Notes: generated from the sequence alone by a model not told the origin. A stretch of 64,000 bases of DNA from a virus (IMGVR_UViG_3300047160_036126:1-64000), one strand, 5' to 3'; shown: positions 37,476 to 47,027, numbered from the stretch's first letter. Made by a program: numbers and translations.

Positions 37476-38870
37476 ATGGTTTCGGCTGTTCGCCAAACAT
37501 CGGCGGCCGTTGATGAGATGGCCGAGAATTGGCCGCTGATCGATGCCTTGATGGGCGGCACGAAGGCAATGCGGGCCGCAGGTAAGGCGTACTTGCCCCA
37601 ATGGCCGGCAGAAGATGCTGAGAGTTACCGGGCGCGGTTGGCGACGGCGACGCTGTTCCCGGCATATGAGCGGACGGTCGCTGTCATGACCGGCAAGCCT
37701 TTCTCGAAGCAGGTGACGCTTGGCGAGGACGTGCCGCTGCGCCTGAAGGATTGGTCTGAGAATATCGATTTGCAGGGGCGCAGTTTGCATGCGTTCGCCG
37801 CCGATCTCTGCGTGGAGGCGCTGGCGCACGGTTTCGGCGGAATTCTGGTCGATACGCCGCCGAAGGCCAATGAAGTCAGGACGGTCGCAGACGAGCAGAA
37901 AGCAGGGATCCGGCCGTATTTCGTGCACGTCGCTCATGACGCGATTTTGGGGTGGCAGACGCAGCGGGTTGGCGGAAGCATCCAGCTCTCGCAATTGAGA
38001 ATTCTCGAAAGCATCGAGGAGCCGGACGGGCCGTTCAAAACGAAGAAGGTCGAACAGGTACGGGTGCTGGAACCCGGCAGGTGGGCGATCTGGCGCAAGG
38101 CTAAAGGGGACGACGCGGATAGCTGGGCAGAGTTCGAAAGCGGGGTCTCGTCGATCGACGATGTGATTCCTTTCGTGCCGATCTACGGCAAACGGAAGGA
38201 TTTCATGGCCGGCGTGCCGCCAATGCTTGAGCTCGCGCATGCGAACGTTGAGCACTGGCAGAGCAAGTCAGACCAGCAGACGATTTTACATATCGCGCGT
38301 GTGCCGGTGATGTTCGCAAAGGACATAGGCACAGCGCCGCTGGAAGTGGGCGCCGGCGCGCTGATTAAGGCATCGTCGAAAGACGCCGATCTGAAATACG
38401 TCGAGCATTCGGGCAAGGCGATTGAGGCCGGGCGAGTATCGCTACTCGATCTCGAGGACCGCATGCGTCAGACGGGCGCCGAGCTGCTCGTTATTAAGCC
38501 GGGCAATACGACCGAAGTGCAGACGATCGCCGACAACGAACAAAGCATGTGCGATCTGCAGCGCATCATGCAGACATTGGAAAACGGGCTCGACCAGGCG
38601 CTGGGTTTCATGGCGCGGTATGCCGGGGAAAAAACCGGCGGCCATGTGACGGTTTACCGGGATTTCGGCGCGGCGACGCTGGCGGAGGCCTCGGCGCAGC
38701 TCTTATTCGAGATGCGCGGAGATGGGTCTCTTAGTCACGCTACTCTGCTTGCGGAAATGAAGCGCCGTGGTATTCTGAGTCCTGATATAGATGTTGATGC
38801 GGAAATAGTTGAAGCGAATAAAGAATTGGCTTCACGCGAACCACAAAGGAAAGAAAACATTAACATTTAA
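37476..38870 (+). CDS. Portal protein (DUF4055)
   Basis: LMGGTKAMRAAG..YLP, RLATATLFP, HWQSKSDQ. Confidence 0.92.
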   Translation: MVSAVRQTSAAVDEMAENWPLIDALMGGTKAMRAAGKAYLPQWPAEDAESYRARLATATLFPAYERTVAVMTGKPFSKQVTLGEDVPLRLKDWSENIDLQGRSLHAFAADLCVEALAHGFGGILVDTPPKANEVRTVADEQKAGIRPYFVHVAHDAILGWQTQRVGGSIQLSQLRILESIEEPDGPFKTKKVEQVRVLEPGRWAIWRKAKGDDADSWAEFESGVSSIDDVIPFVPIYGKRKDFMAGVPPMLELAHANVEHWQSKSDQQTILHIARVPVMFAKDIGTAPLEVGAGALIKASSKDADLKYVEHSGKAIEAGRVSLLDLEDRMRQTGAELLVIKPGNTTEVQTIADNEQSMCDLQRIMQTLENGLDQALGFMARYAGEKTGGHVTVYRDFGAATLAEASAQLLFEMRGDGSLSHATLLAEMKRRGILSPDIDVDAEIVEANKELASREPQRKENINI

Positions 38871-38939
38871 ACACAACGAAGCCCCAGACGCTTTGTCGAG
38901 CGCTGAGGCTTCTAACCAAAACGAACAGGGAGGTTCGAA

Positions 38940-39539
38940 ATGGCTGTTTTATTCAAATCATGTATTGTGGCTGATTGCAATGGTAACGCTCATCCGGAAG
39001 CGAGAGGAACGCGCGGGTGGTGCAGGAAGCATTACACACGTTGGCAAAAGTTTGGGTCAACCGATTTGCCGGCGAATGCAAATGGTAAGTGTCAGAAATG
39101 GCTTTTAGAACACGCTGGATACGATAAAGCTGAGTGCTTGATTTGGCCATTTGCTCGCGGGCCCGAAGGATACGGCAGGGTTCAATTTCGCAAGAAAATA
39201 ACAGCGGCGCATCGAGCTATCTGTATTTTGGCTCATGGAGAGCCTAGCTTGAGGTCGTTGCATGCAGCGCATTCATGTGGAAATGGATATGACGGATGCG
39301 TTAATCCGTCCCATTTGCGGTGGGCAAGTAAAAAGGAAAATGAAGCCGATAAGCTTATTCACAATAAGCATAATCGGGGACAGCGTCATGGGGCGGCTAA
39401 GCTAACTGAGAAGGATGTGAGGGAAATAAGGGCGTTACGTGGTGTCCTGACTCAGATAGAAATTGCGCATATTTATGGGATTAGCCCTGCATATGTTTGC
39501 GGCTTGCAAGCATTTCGTACGTGGGCGTGGGTAAAATAG
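38940..39539 (+). CDS. HNH homing endonuclease
   Basis: CLIWPF..GYG, AAHSCGNG..CVNPSHLRWA, KLTEKDVREIR. Confidence 0.9.
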   Translation: MAVLFKSCIVADCNGNAHPEARGTRGWCRKHYTRWQKFGSTDLPANANGKCQKWLLEHAGYDKAECLIWPFARGPEGYGRVQFRKKITAAHRAICILAHGEPSLRSLHAAHSCGNGYDGCVNPSHLRWASKKENEADKLIHNKHNRGQRHGAAKLTEKDVREIRALRGVLTQIEIAHIYGISPAYVCGLQAFRTWAWVK

Positions 39540-39557
39540 TTGGTTCTGCAAGTTTAA

Positions 39558-39622
39558 GCCGCAGCGCGGATGCGAAGCGGCGGCCAAGGGATCGGATGAT
39601 CCCAGTGACAGCCGGATGGCTG
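39558..39622 (+). promoter_or_regulatory. Three tandem GGAU-tetraloop hairpins 5' of the scaffold gene
   Basis: cgc-GGAT-gcg, gggatc-GGAT-gatccc, cagcc-GGAT-ggctg, immediately before RBS GAGGA. Confidence 0.7.
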
Positions 39623-39631
39623 AGGAAGTGA

Positions 39632-40414
39632 GTGCCGATGAAGTTGAAGCTTGATGACGCGGGCCATGTTGTCGTTCAGGACAATAAGCCTGTTTATGTT
39701 GACGACAATAACCGTGAAATAGCCTTCGATTATCCTTCGACTTTGGCGACGATTTCGAGGCTGAACGGCGAGTCGAAGACTCACCGCGAAGCCAAGGAAG
39801 CGGCGGAAGGAAAACTGAGAGCGTTCGAAGGGATTGACGATCCTGAGAAGGCACGGAAGGCTCTTGAGACGGTCAAGAACCTGGACGACAAGCGACTGGT
39901 GGATGCCGGCGAGGTCGAGAGGATCAAGGCCGAGGCGAAATCTGCTTTCGATGAGCAGCTTAAAGCCCTGGAGAAAAAGCATAAGCCGGTCGAGGCGGAA
40001 CGCGACAGCTTGCGGAGCGAGCTGAAGCAGGAACGCATCGGCATGGCGTTTGGCCGGTCGAAATATATCGGCGAGAAACTCGCAATTCCTGTCGATCTCG
40101 TGCAAGCGCGGTTCGGCAGCAATTTCGATATCGAGGACGGCAAGATTGTGGCGAAAGACGCTGCGGGAAACCGCGTCTATAGCCTCGCCAAGCCGGGTGA
40201 GATCGCTGAGTTCGACGAAGCACTGGAAATCCTCGTCAGCCATTATCCCAATCGGGACAACATCCTGAAGGGGTCTGGAGGATCGGGCGGCGGTGCTGGC
40301 GGTTCCGGCGGCGGCAACAGCGGCAAGAAGCAGATGACGCGCGCGCAGTTCGACGCGCTCAGTGCGGCTGACCGCATGGCTGCGATGAAGGCAGGAACTG
40401 CGATTAGCGATTAG
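39632..40414 (+). CDS. Capsid scaffolding protein (DUF6651)
   Basis: MKLKLDDAGHVVVQDNKPVYV...LNGESKTHRE; Gly-rich tail. Confidence 0.88.
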   Translation: MPMKLKLDDAGHVVVQDNKPVYVDDNNREIAFDYPSTLATISRLNGESKTHREAKEAAEGKLRAFEGIDDPEKARKALETVKNLDDKRLVDAGEVERIKAEAKSAFDEQLKALEKKHKPVEAERDSLRSELKQERIGMAFGRSKYIGEKLAIPVDLVQARFGSNFDIEDGKIVAKDAAGNRVYSLAKPGEIAEFDEALEILVSHYPNRDNILKGSGGSGGGAGGSGGGNSGKKQMTRAQFDALSAADRMAAMKAGTAISD

Positions 40415-41040
40415 GGTTGTCGCGGCCAGACGCAGTACTCTTTGAGCCAGCCCCATGCGTGCCCAGCTTTTATGTGGGCGATGTGGCTTGGCGAAACGCC
40501 GAATTTTTTCGCAATGTCCATTTGCCGTTGGTTTTGAGAGAAATGGCGGATGGTGAGTATGTCGTTTTCGGTAAGTCTCGATGACCCTTGGTTAGTGCCG
40601 CGATTTGAGGTGCCGTGAAGAATTTTGTCAGCATGGTTGCGAGCGCTGGTGGCCCAATAAAGATGTTTTGGCGAAAAACAACCTTTATTTCCGTTTCCAC
40701 AAGTGTGTGCGGCTTCATGTTGAGGTGAAGGCGGTTCGCCATGTGCAGCTATGCATATCAGGCGAGAGGCGGTTGTCAGGTGGTAAGTCTCAGGATGGTG
40801 AACGCGCCCATATCCGTCTTTGCCGATGTGAAAAGGCCAAATCAGGCATTGATCTCCAGAGTAGTTTTTATTTGCTTCGATACAATCAAGTGCCGGTGAG
40901 GGAATTGGTCTCGTTTTGAGGGGATCGCCGGTTCGTTTGAAACGCTGGTAATGCATGGAGCAATATCCGAGCTTGCCGTTCATTGACCTGTGAGAATTTC
41001 GTGCGCAGCCTTCCGCTGTGCATTGCTTGAATTGTTGCAT
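40411..41040 (-). CDS. HNH homing endonuclease, antisense within the head operon
   Basis: CLIWPF..GYG, AAHTCGNG..CFSPKHLYWA, RLTENDILTIR. Confidence 0.9.
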   Translation of the reverse strand: MQQFKQCTAEGCARNSHRSMNGKLGYCSMHYQRFKRTGDPLKTRPIPSPALDCIEANKNYSGDQCLIWPFHIGKDGYGRVHHPETYHLTTASRLICIAAHGEPPSPQHEAAHTCGNGNKGCFSPKHLYWATSARNHADKILHGTSNRGTNQGSSRLTENDILTIRHFSQNQRQMDIAKKFGVSPSHIAHIKAGHAWGWLKEYCVWPRQP

Positions 41041-41188
41041 ATAAGATTCCCTTGTTGTTTAAGGCGGTTTACATAGGTTATTCCGCAATACAATGAGGTA
41101 GTCAAGTCCGAAACCTGGATGGGGATCGGAGTTTGGTCGCTTGCGGCCTTTTGTTCTGATCGTAACCTTAACCAGATGGAGAAGTACT

Positions 41189-42358
41189 TTGGCTAACACT
41201 TTGAGCAACCTTATACCCACGATCTATGAAGCGCTGGACGTCGTCTCGCGCGAGATGATCGGTTTCATTCCGGCCGTTTCGAGGGATAGTTCCGCAGAGC
41301 GCGCCGCGCTCAACGAGACGATCCTGGTGCCGGTCACGCAGGCGCAGACCGCACAAGACGTGACGCCCGCCGTGACGCCGCCGGATACTGGCGACCAGAC
41401 GGTCGGTAACGTGTCGATGACCATCCAGAAATCGAAGATGGTGCCGATCCGCTGGAACGGCGAACAGCAGAAGGGCTTCAAGAGCACGGGAACTTATGAG
41501 CGTGTGCTGCGCGAGCAGTTTGCGCAGGGTTTCCGCACGCTGGCCAATCTGGTTGAGACGGATTTGTTCAACGCGGCTTATCAGACCGCGTCGCGGGCCT
41601 ATGGCACGGCTGCGACCACGCCGTTTGCGACGGCTGGCGATCTTTCGGATAGCGCAAACGTCCGCAAGCTGCTGGACGACAACGGTTGCCCGCAGACTGA
41701 CTTACATCTGGTGTTGGGCTCGGCTGCGGTCGCTAATTTGCGCGGCAAGCAAACGATCCTTCTGAAAGCCAATGAAGAAGGCAGCAATGCTTTCCGTCGT
41801 ACGGGCCAGATTGCCGATGTGCCGCTTGACGGGTTCATGCTGCACAACAGCAACTCGATCAAGCAGGTAACGAAGGGCGGCGGCTCGTCCTATGTGACCT
41901 CCGGTGACTCGCCTCCGGGAACGACCTCGATTGCGCTTGTGACGGGTTCTGGGACCGTGCTTGCCGGGGACGTCGTCACCTTCGCGGCGGACAGCAACAA
42001 CAAGTTCGTTGTGAACACCGGCGTTACGGCCCCGGGCACTATTGTGCTGGGCGCTCCCGGTACCATCGTGGACGTGCCGACGGCGAACGCTATGACGATC
42101 GGCAACAGCTATACGCCGAACGTTGCGTTCACACGGTCTGCGATCCAGCTCATCACTCGTGCGCCGGCGATGCCGGAAGGCCCGAACGGCGAGTCTATGG
42201 ACCTGGCCGAAGACGTGTTGATGGTCGAGGATCCTGTGTCGGGCATCGTCTTCGAAGTCTCCATGTATAAACAGTTCCGCCAGATGGCATATTATGTTGC
42301 CCTTGCTTGGGGAGCGAATGCCATTAAGCCCAATCATATCGCAACGCTTATGGGATAA
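41189..42358 (+). CDS. Major capsid protein (P22 coat-like)
   Basis: TTG start MANTLSNLIPTIYEALDVVSRE; ends AIKPNHIATLMG. Confidence 0.9.
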   Translation: MANTLSNLIPTIYEALDVVSREMIGFIPAVSRDSSAERAALNETILVPVTQAQTAQDVTPAVTPPDTGDQTVGNVSMTIQKSKMVPIRWNGEQQKGFKSTGTYERVLREQFAQGFRTLANLVETDLFNAAYQTASRAYGTAATTPFATAGDLSDSANVRKLLDDNGCPQTDLHLVLGSAAVANLRGKQTILLKANEEGSNAFRRTGQIADVPLDGFMLHNSNSIKQVTKGGGSSYVTSGDSPPGTTSIALVTGSGTVLAGDVVTFAADSNNKFVVNTGVTAPGTIVLGAPGTIVDVPTANAMTIGNSYTPNVAFTRSAIQLITRAPAMPEGPNGESMDLAEDVLMVEDPVSGIVFEVSMYKQFRQMAYYVALAWGANAIKPNHIATLMG

Positions 42359-42434
42359 TACTTGCAGTGTTGTCGGTTAGTATTTGACGGTGTAAGAAGA
42401 GTGGCCGTGGACGGTATGCCCTGCGGCCACTTTT

Positions 42435-42514
42435 AAGCCCCAAACGCGGAGGAAGCGATGCCGAGGAAAGACCGGAACGTCGAAGAAGAGGAAGCCCCAA
42501 ACGCGGAGGAAGCG
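42435..42514 (+). repeat. 23-bp exact direct repeat AAGCCCCAAACGCGGAGGAAGCG
   Basis: Copies at 42435-42457 and 42492-42514. Confidence 0.85.
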
Positions 42515-42649
42515 GATGAGGGCTCGTCTGAGGCGGCGGCGGATGATCCGCATGCTGGCCTCGTGAAAATGAAGCGGGATGACAAGGTCATCCACGCGCA
42601 TCCAACGGCTGTTGCCGAGCATATCAAGAACGGCTGGAAGCACGCCTGA
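42458..42649 (+). CDS. Small capsid-associated protein
   Basis: LVKMKR...AHPTAVAEHIKNGW. Confidence 0.7.
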   Translation: MPRKDRNVEEEEAPNAEEADEGSSEAAADDPHAGLVKMKRDDKVIHAHPTAVAEHIKNGWKHA

Positions 42650-42668
42650 TTTCTGGAAGGCGTAAACA

Positions 42669-43061
42669 ATGGCCCTGACGGCACAAAATATCGTCGATGT
42701 TCGTCGATATTGCGGCTATAGCGTGAGCGGGGATACGACTTCATTTCCGGCACGGGAATTCGTTTATACGGACCGCAGCTTGCTGGGCATGTCGATTGAG
42801 TACCGGCTCGCGCATCTACAGCCTGAAGAAGAAAACAGGATAACAGGATTTTTCCTGCCTAATCTCGCCGCACGCGAGCAGGAAATTCAGGACGCGTCCT
42901 GTAATCTCGATACCGATCAGGCCGCCGTGTGGCGCCGCAACCGCAGCGAGGTAGGTGATCGGCGGGATTTATTCACGGCGCTGCGTATCGAGCTTTGCGA
43001 CTTTTTGGGTTTCGCGCCGGGGCCGGGTATCACGCGGGCGACGAGGCTCGTGAGGGCGTAA
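42669..43061 (+). CDS. Head-tail adaptor
   Basis: VDVRRYCGY...LCDFLGFAPGP; position after capsid. Confidence 0.75.
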   Translation: MALTAQNIVDVRRYCGYSVSGDTTSFPAREFVYTDRSLLGMSIEYRLAHLQPEEENRITGFFLPNLAAREQEIQDASCNLDTDQAAVWRRNRSEVGDRRDLFTALRIELCDFLGFAPGPGITRATRLVRA

Positions 43062-43279
43062 TGAAACTCAAGGCGCGCGTGAAATCGCTTCTGGAAGTGC
43101 CGGAAGTGGTGCGGGCCTTTTATTGCGTTCAGGGCAGTGAATTCGTGCTGCAGGTCGACGGCATGGTGGCTAAGGACCGGCTCGATGAGATGCGGAATTC
43201 GAATATCGCGCTGAGGCGCCAGATTGAACAGATGGGCGGCAAGCCATGCTCTGCCCTCGGGTATTTTAACGGAGCTTAG
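43061..43279 (+). CDS. 72-aa protein resembling a scaffold N-terminus
   Basis: LKARVKSLLEVPE..FVLQVDG..RLDEMRNSNIAL. Confidence 0.5.
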   Translation: MKLKARVKSLLEVPEVVRAFYCVQGSEFVLQVDGMVAKDRLDEMRNSNIALRRQIEQMGGKPCSALGYFNGA

Positions 43280-43283
43280 GCCG

Positions 43284-44138
43284 ATGCACAGCAGTCAGGC
43301 CCGCATTCAGGAACGGGTCTGGCGGGGATACGGGCAAGCTGCGCTGAGGCTGGGCTCGATCTACAGGTTTTACAGGGTTGGCGGCCACACGCTTGCGCGG
43401 CCGAAATACGACACGGGCAAGAAATACGACCGGCGTCTACGGTATGATTCTGGCATCAGCTACAAATCCAATGTCGGGGATTTCGACACGGCCGGCGTGC
43501 GGTTTGACGAAGGCGGCTCTTGGGATGAGCCAGACGACCCGGACGCAGTAAGCCAGACGCAATACGATAGTCCCGGTGCGATCTGGGACAGCGGAGTAGC
43601 GTTCGACCAGCCCGGCAATCTAATCGCAGAGCTTTACGTCTCCCTCAATGCCGAGGACATGAAATACGGCCGGCCAAACAAATACGGTAAGGCCACATGG
43701 TACGCGCTCGTCGATGCCAAGGATTTGCAGTCCGGAGATTATTTTATTGGGCAGCAAGGGACGTTTTTCATCGCGGCGATGCAGCCGCTGCTGCCGATCT
43801 TGGCCGTGGAGTGCAATCGCATCGTTAATATCTTCGAGCCTCTGGTGCAAACCGGTACCGGCGCCGTCGGCTATGGCGGCACGACCGGCGACAATATGAA
43901 GGAAAAGGCCGATCGCCGTCCGTGCAGTATTTTGCAAGGCACGAAAGGCGAGAGAAGCGAAGGTAATTTGCCGGGAGATACGCGCAGTCCGTGGTGGACG
44001 GTCTTGCTGCCGGATTCAGGGATCATCATCGAAGCCGACGACATTCTGATCGACGATCTGGGTCATCGTTACGTGGTTTCGTCGGCGGAGCACACGGATC
44101 TTGGGTACAGGTTGAGCTGCATGGAAGCGTTGCCATGA
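43284..44138 (+). CDS. Head-closure/neck protein with an aromatic-Asp repeat insertion
   Basis: GYGQAALRLG, WYALVD..DLQSGDY, VSSAEHTDLGYRL. Confidence 0.7.
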   Translation: MHSSQARIQERVWRGYGQAALRLGSIYRFYRVGGHTLARPKYDTGKKYDRRLRYDSGISYKSNVGDFDTAGVRFDEGGSWDEPDDPDAVSQTQYDSPGAIWDSGVAFDQPGNLIAELYVSLNAEDMKYGRPNKYGKATWYALVDAKDLQSGDYFIGQQGTFFIAAMQPLLPILAVECNRIVNIFEPLVQTGTGAVGYGGTTGDNMKEKADRRPCSILQGTKGERSEGNLPGDTRSPWWTVLLPDSGIIIEADDILIDDLGHRYVVSSAEHTDLGYRLSCMEALP

Positions 44139-44332
44139 TGCGTGGGCGAAAGCGCACGCGGGCAGTGATTGCGCTGTTTCGGTTCGTGGCGGCCTATTGT
44201 GAGAGAGATGAGCGGCAGGCGCTGAAACTGCTGATGCGCGCTTTTGCGGAGAGGCAGGATGGCCGACATCGGGGACGTGCTCAACGTGCTGGTGCAGGAA
44301 TGCGCGCGCGCAGTGTATCCGCCGCTCCCTGA
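44135..44332 (+). CDS. Small hypothetical protein
   Basis: Coupled to upstream stop; overlaps next gene. Confidence 0.3.
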   Translation: MMRGRKRTRAVIALFRFVAAYCERDERQALKLLMRAFAERQDGRHRGRAQRAGAGMRARSVSAAP

Positions 44333-45296
44333 TTGGGACGTGGATGGCGAAACCTGGGATAGCGGCGAGAAATACGACCGGGATATCGATCAGGTGCTAC
44401 TCGCGGCGCAGGCGCAGTACGACGCCGGTCTTTATTGGGACGCCCCGAACAAGCAATGGGACGTGCCGGGCAAGGTAAGTGTTTCTGGCACCGATGTGGT
44501 GATTTACGCGGGCTGGCCGGCTTCCGACAACCTGGCAAAGGATCTAGCGAACAAGAAAAGCCACATCACGGTTTTTCCAAGGCAGGATGAGCGCAACACG
44601 ACGCGCTATCCTGAAAATGAATATGTGACGCTCGATCCAGTGCCGACGCTGCAACTGTCGGTTCGGTATCTGGCGGGCGGCGCAACGGTGTTCGACGCGA
44701 ACGGCGCGCTCTGGGATGCGGTTCGCGAATATTGGGATGTAAGCGGTGCCGTGACGGTGGTTACGGTCGGCGGCCGCGTTTCGGTGCCCCAGAACGTGGC
44801 GCTGCGGGTTAATGGGAAATTTTACGTCTATCCGGTTCAGAAAGGCGACACGCTTCAATCGGTCGCCGCGGCCCTTGCGGGGCTCGTCGGTGCCGATATT
44901 CCGGGTACCGCGGCATCGGGGCAGGATATTGCGATAGGGCCGTCAGGCAGGCTCCAGGCCGCCCGTGTGGGCGGTTTCGGGACCGTGGCGCGCGAGGTGC
45001 GCCGGCAGGAGCGGGTGATTCAGATTACGGTCTGGACGCCGACGCCGGGGCTGCGCGACGTGCTCGGCGCGGCGGTGGATGCGGCTCTTGCGGAGAAACG
45101 GTTTATTCGCATGCCGGATGGTTTCGGCGCGCGGCTGATTTACAAGAATTCGCCGGTGACGGACATGTTGGAAAAAGAAGCGCTTTACCGGCGCGATCTG
45201 AATTACACCGTCGAATACGGCACCACGATTTCAAAACAGGTCGCGCAGGTGATCGCGCCTTTTGCGAACGTCAACGATTTCACCATCACAGCCTGA
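44259..45296 (+). CDS. Tail terminator/neck protein
   Basis: IYAGWP, ITVWTPTP, LYRRDLNYTVEYGT; precedes sheath. Confidence 0.72.
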   Translation: MADIGDVLNVLVQECARAVYPPLPDWDVDGETWDSGEKYDRDIDQVLLAAQAQYDAGLYWDAPNKQWDVPGKVSVSGTDVVIYAGWPASDNLAKDLANKKSHITVFPRQDERNTTRYPENEYVTLDPVPTLQLSVRYLAGGATVFDANGALWDAVREYWDVSGAVTVVTVGGRVSVPQNVALRVNGKFYVYPVQKGDTLQSVAAALAGLVGADIPGTAASGQDIAIGPSGRLQAARVGGFGTVAREVRRQERVIQITVWTPTPGLRDVLGAAVDAALAEKRFIRMPDGFGARLIYKNSPVTDMLEKEALYRRDLNYTVEYGTTISKQVAQVIAPFANVNDFTITA

Positions 45297-45305
45297 GAGG
45301 ATTTC

Positions 45306-45437
45306 ATGCACCTTACCGTAATCGAGCCGTTTGGCGATTTTCAGCGGGGCGACAAGATAAAAGAGCCTGAAAAGGTGGATGAGATCCTGAAAGGCGATAA
45401 TTCCCGTCATGTGGTGAAGACGGCAGACGCCGAATAA
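45306..45437 (+). CDS. Small conserved pre-sheath protein (43 aa)
   Basis: MHLTVIEPFGDFQRGDKI...HVVK; RBS GAGG. Confidence 0.6.
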   Translation: MHLTVIEPFGDFQRGDKIKEPEKVDEILKGDNSRHVVKTADAE

Positions 45438-45462
45438 TTCCTCTTAATCCAGCGGAGACAGT

Positions 45463-47013
45463 ATGCCCATTTATAATCTCGGCGCGCTGAATACGGCGGC
45501 GCTCACGGCTCCTGACGTCTATATTCAGAAAGTCACGCCGCAGACACGGTTCATCAACGGCGTGCCGACGGATATTCTGGGCCTGGTCGGTGCGGGTTCG
45601 TGGGGACCGGTCAATAGTCCGGTTCTGGCGGTGGGCGACACCTTCGGGCCGGTGACCTTCCGCAAATACGATCTCGCGACCGCAATTTTGATCTCCTCGC
45701 AGGTCGGCGCCAATAACGTGCGCGCGGTGCGGGTGACGGACGGCACGGATGCGGCTGCGACGGCGACGTTGCTTGACGGCAGCTCTGCGACCGGAGCCAC
45801 CCTGACGGCTTACTACACGGGTGTGGTCGGCAACACGCTTTCTGCAATCGTTGGCTCCGGCACCAAGGCCAGCACCACGAAGGTGACGATCAACCGTCCG
45901 GGCTATGCCTCTGAAGTCTATGATAATATTTCGGGTTCCGGCGCCACGCTTTGGGCCAATATCGTCTCGGCGATTAATAGCGGCCAAACGGGCCTTCGTC
46001 CACCATCGCAGCTTTGCGTGGCGACGGTCGGATCTTCGACGGCGGCACCGGCCAGCGGTTCGCGGTCGTTTTCCGGCGGCGCCGACGGCGCGGGTAGTGT
46101 TTCGGATTCGACGGTTGTCGGTGCGGATGCAACTTTGCCGTCTTCGAGGACGGGCATGTACGCGCTTCGCGGGTCTGGCGTGCAGGTCGCAAATCTGATC
46201 GATCTTACGGACAACACCCAATGGTCGAATATCGCGACTTTCGCCGATAGCGAAGGTGTTTACATTCCTCTGCCGGGAGCTTCCGGCCAGAATTACAGCA
46301 CCGTATCGAGCAATTTAAGTTCGGCTGGCGTCGATACGCCTTCGGTCAAGCCTTTAGTCGGCGATTGGGTCTATTGGCAGGACACGGTCAATGGTGTGTT
46401 GCGGCTTATGTCGCCGGCGACGTTCTGCGCCGCGGAAATCGCCGCGCTAGCTCCTCACCTCTCTACGCTCAACAAGCAGTTGCCGGCGGTCGTCGGCACG
46501 CAGCGCAACTCCCAAAACCAGCCCTATACCACGGCGGAAATCGGCGCGATTGCGCAGGCGCGTCTCGACGTGGTCGCCAATCCGTGCCCCGGTGGCCCCT
46601 ATTACGGCTTCAGGACGGGGCGCAACGGGTCGAGCGATCCCACGCGCAACGGCGACAATTACACGCGCATGACGAATTTCCTTGCCCTCACCTTTGCGGG
46701 TGCATTCGGCTTTGCAATCGGCCAGCCGCAGACGGTGAGCCTGCGCCGGCAGGTCAAAGCGGCGTTCGACTCGTTCCTTTGGAACCTGGCCGATCCGACG
46801 CGCTCCGGCGGCCCAATGATCGGCGATGTGAACGGCGGTCCGCCGTTCTCGGTCGAGATCGACAAGAACAATAATCCGGATGCGCGCGTGGCTCTCGGCT
46901 ACATGCAGGCCGACGTGCAGGTGAAATATCTGAGCATCGTTTGGTTTTTTCTCGTCAACCTCGAAGGCGGCCAGACGGTTTCGGTGCGCCTTGTCGGTCA
47001 GCAAGCCGCCTAA
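45463..47013 (+). CDS. Contractile tail sheath
   Basis: APDVYIQ, VGAGSWGPVN, NYTRMTNF, YMQADVQVKY. Confidence 0.92.
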   Translation: MPIYNLGALNTAALTAPDVYIQKVTPQTRFINGVPTDILGLVGAGSWGPVNSPVLAVGDTFGPVTFRKYDLATAILISSQVGANNVRAVRVTDGTDAAATATLLDGSSATGATLTAYYTGVVGNTLSAIVGSGTKASTTKVTINRPGYASEVYDNISGSGATLWANIVSAINSGQTGLRPPSQLCVATVGSSTAAPASGSRSFSGGADGAGSVSDSTVVGADATLPSSRTGMYALRGSGVQVANLIDLTDNTQWSNIATFADSEGVYIPLPGASGQNYSTVSSNLSSAGVDTPSVKPLVGDWVYWQDTVNGVLRLMSPATFCAAEIAALAPHLSTLNKQLPAVVGTQRNSQNQPYTTAEIGAIAQARLDVVANPCPGGPYYGFRTGRNGSSDPTRNGDNYTRMTNFLALTFAGAFGFAIGQPQTVSLRRQVKAAFDSFLWNLADPTRSGGPMIGDVNGGPPFSVEIDKNNNPDARVALGYMQADVQVKYLSIVWFFLVNLEGGQTVSVRLVGQQAA

Positions 47014-47027
47014 CCCCGGAGCCATAA

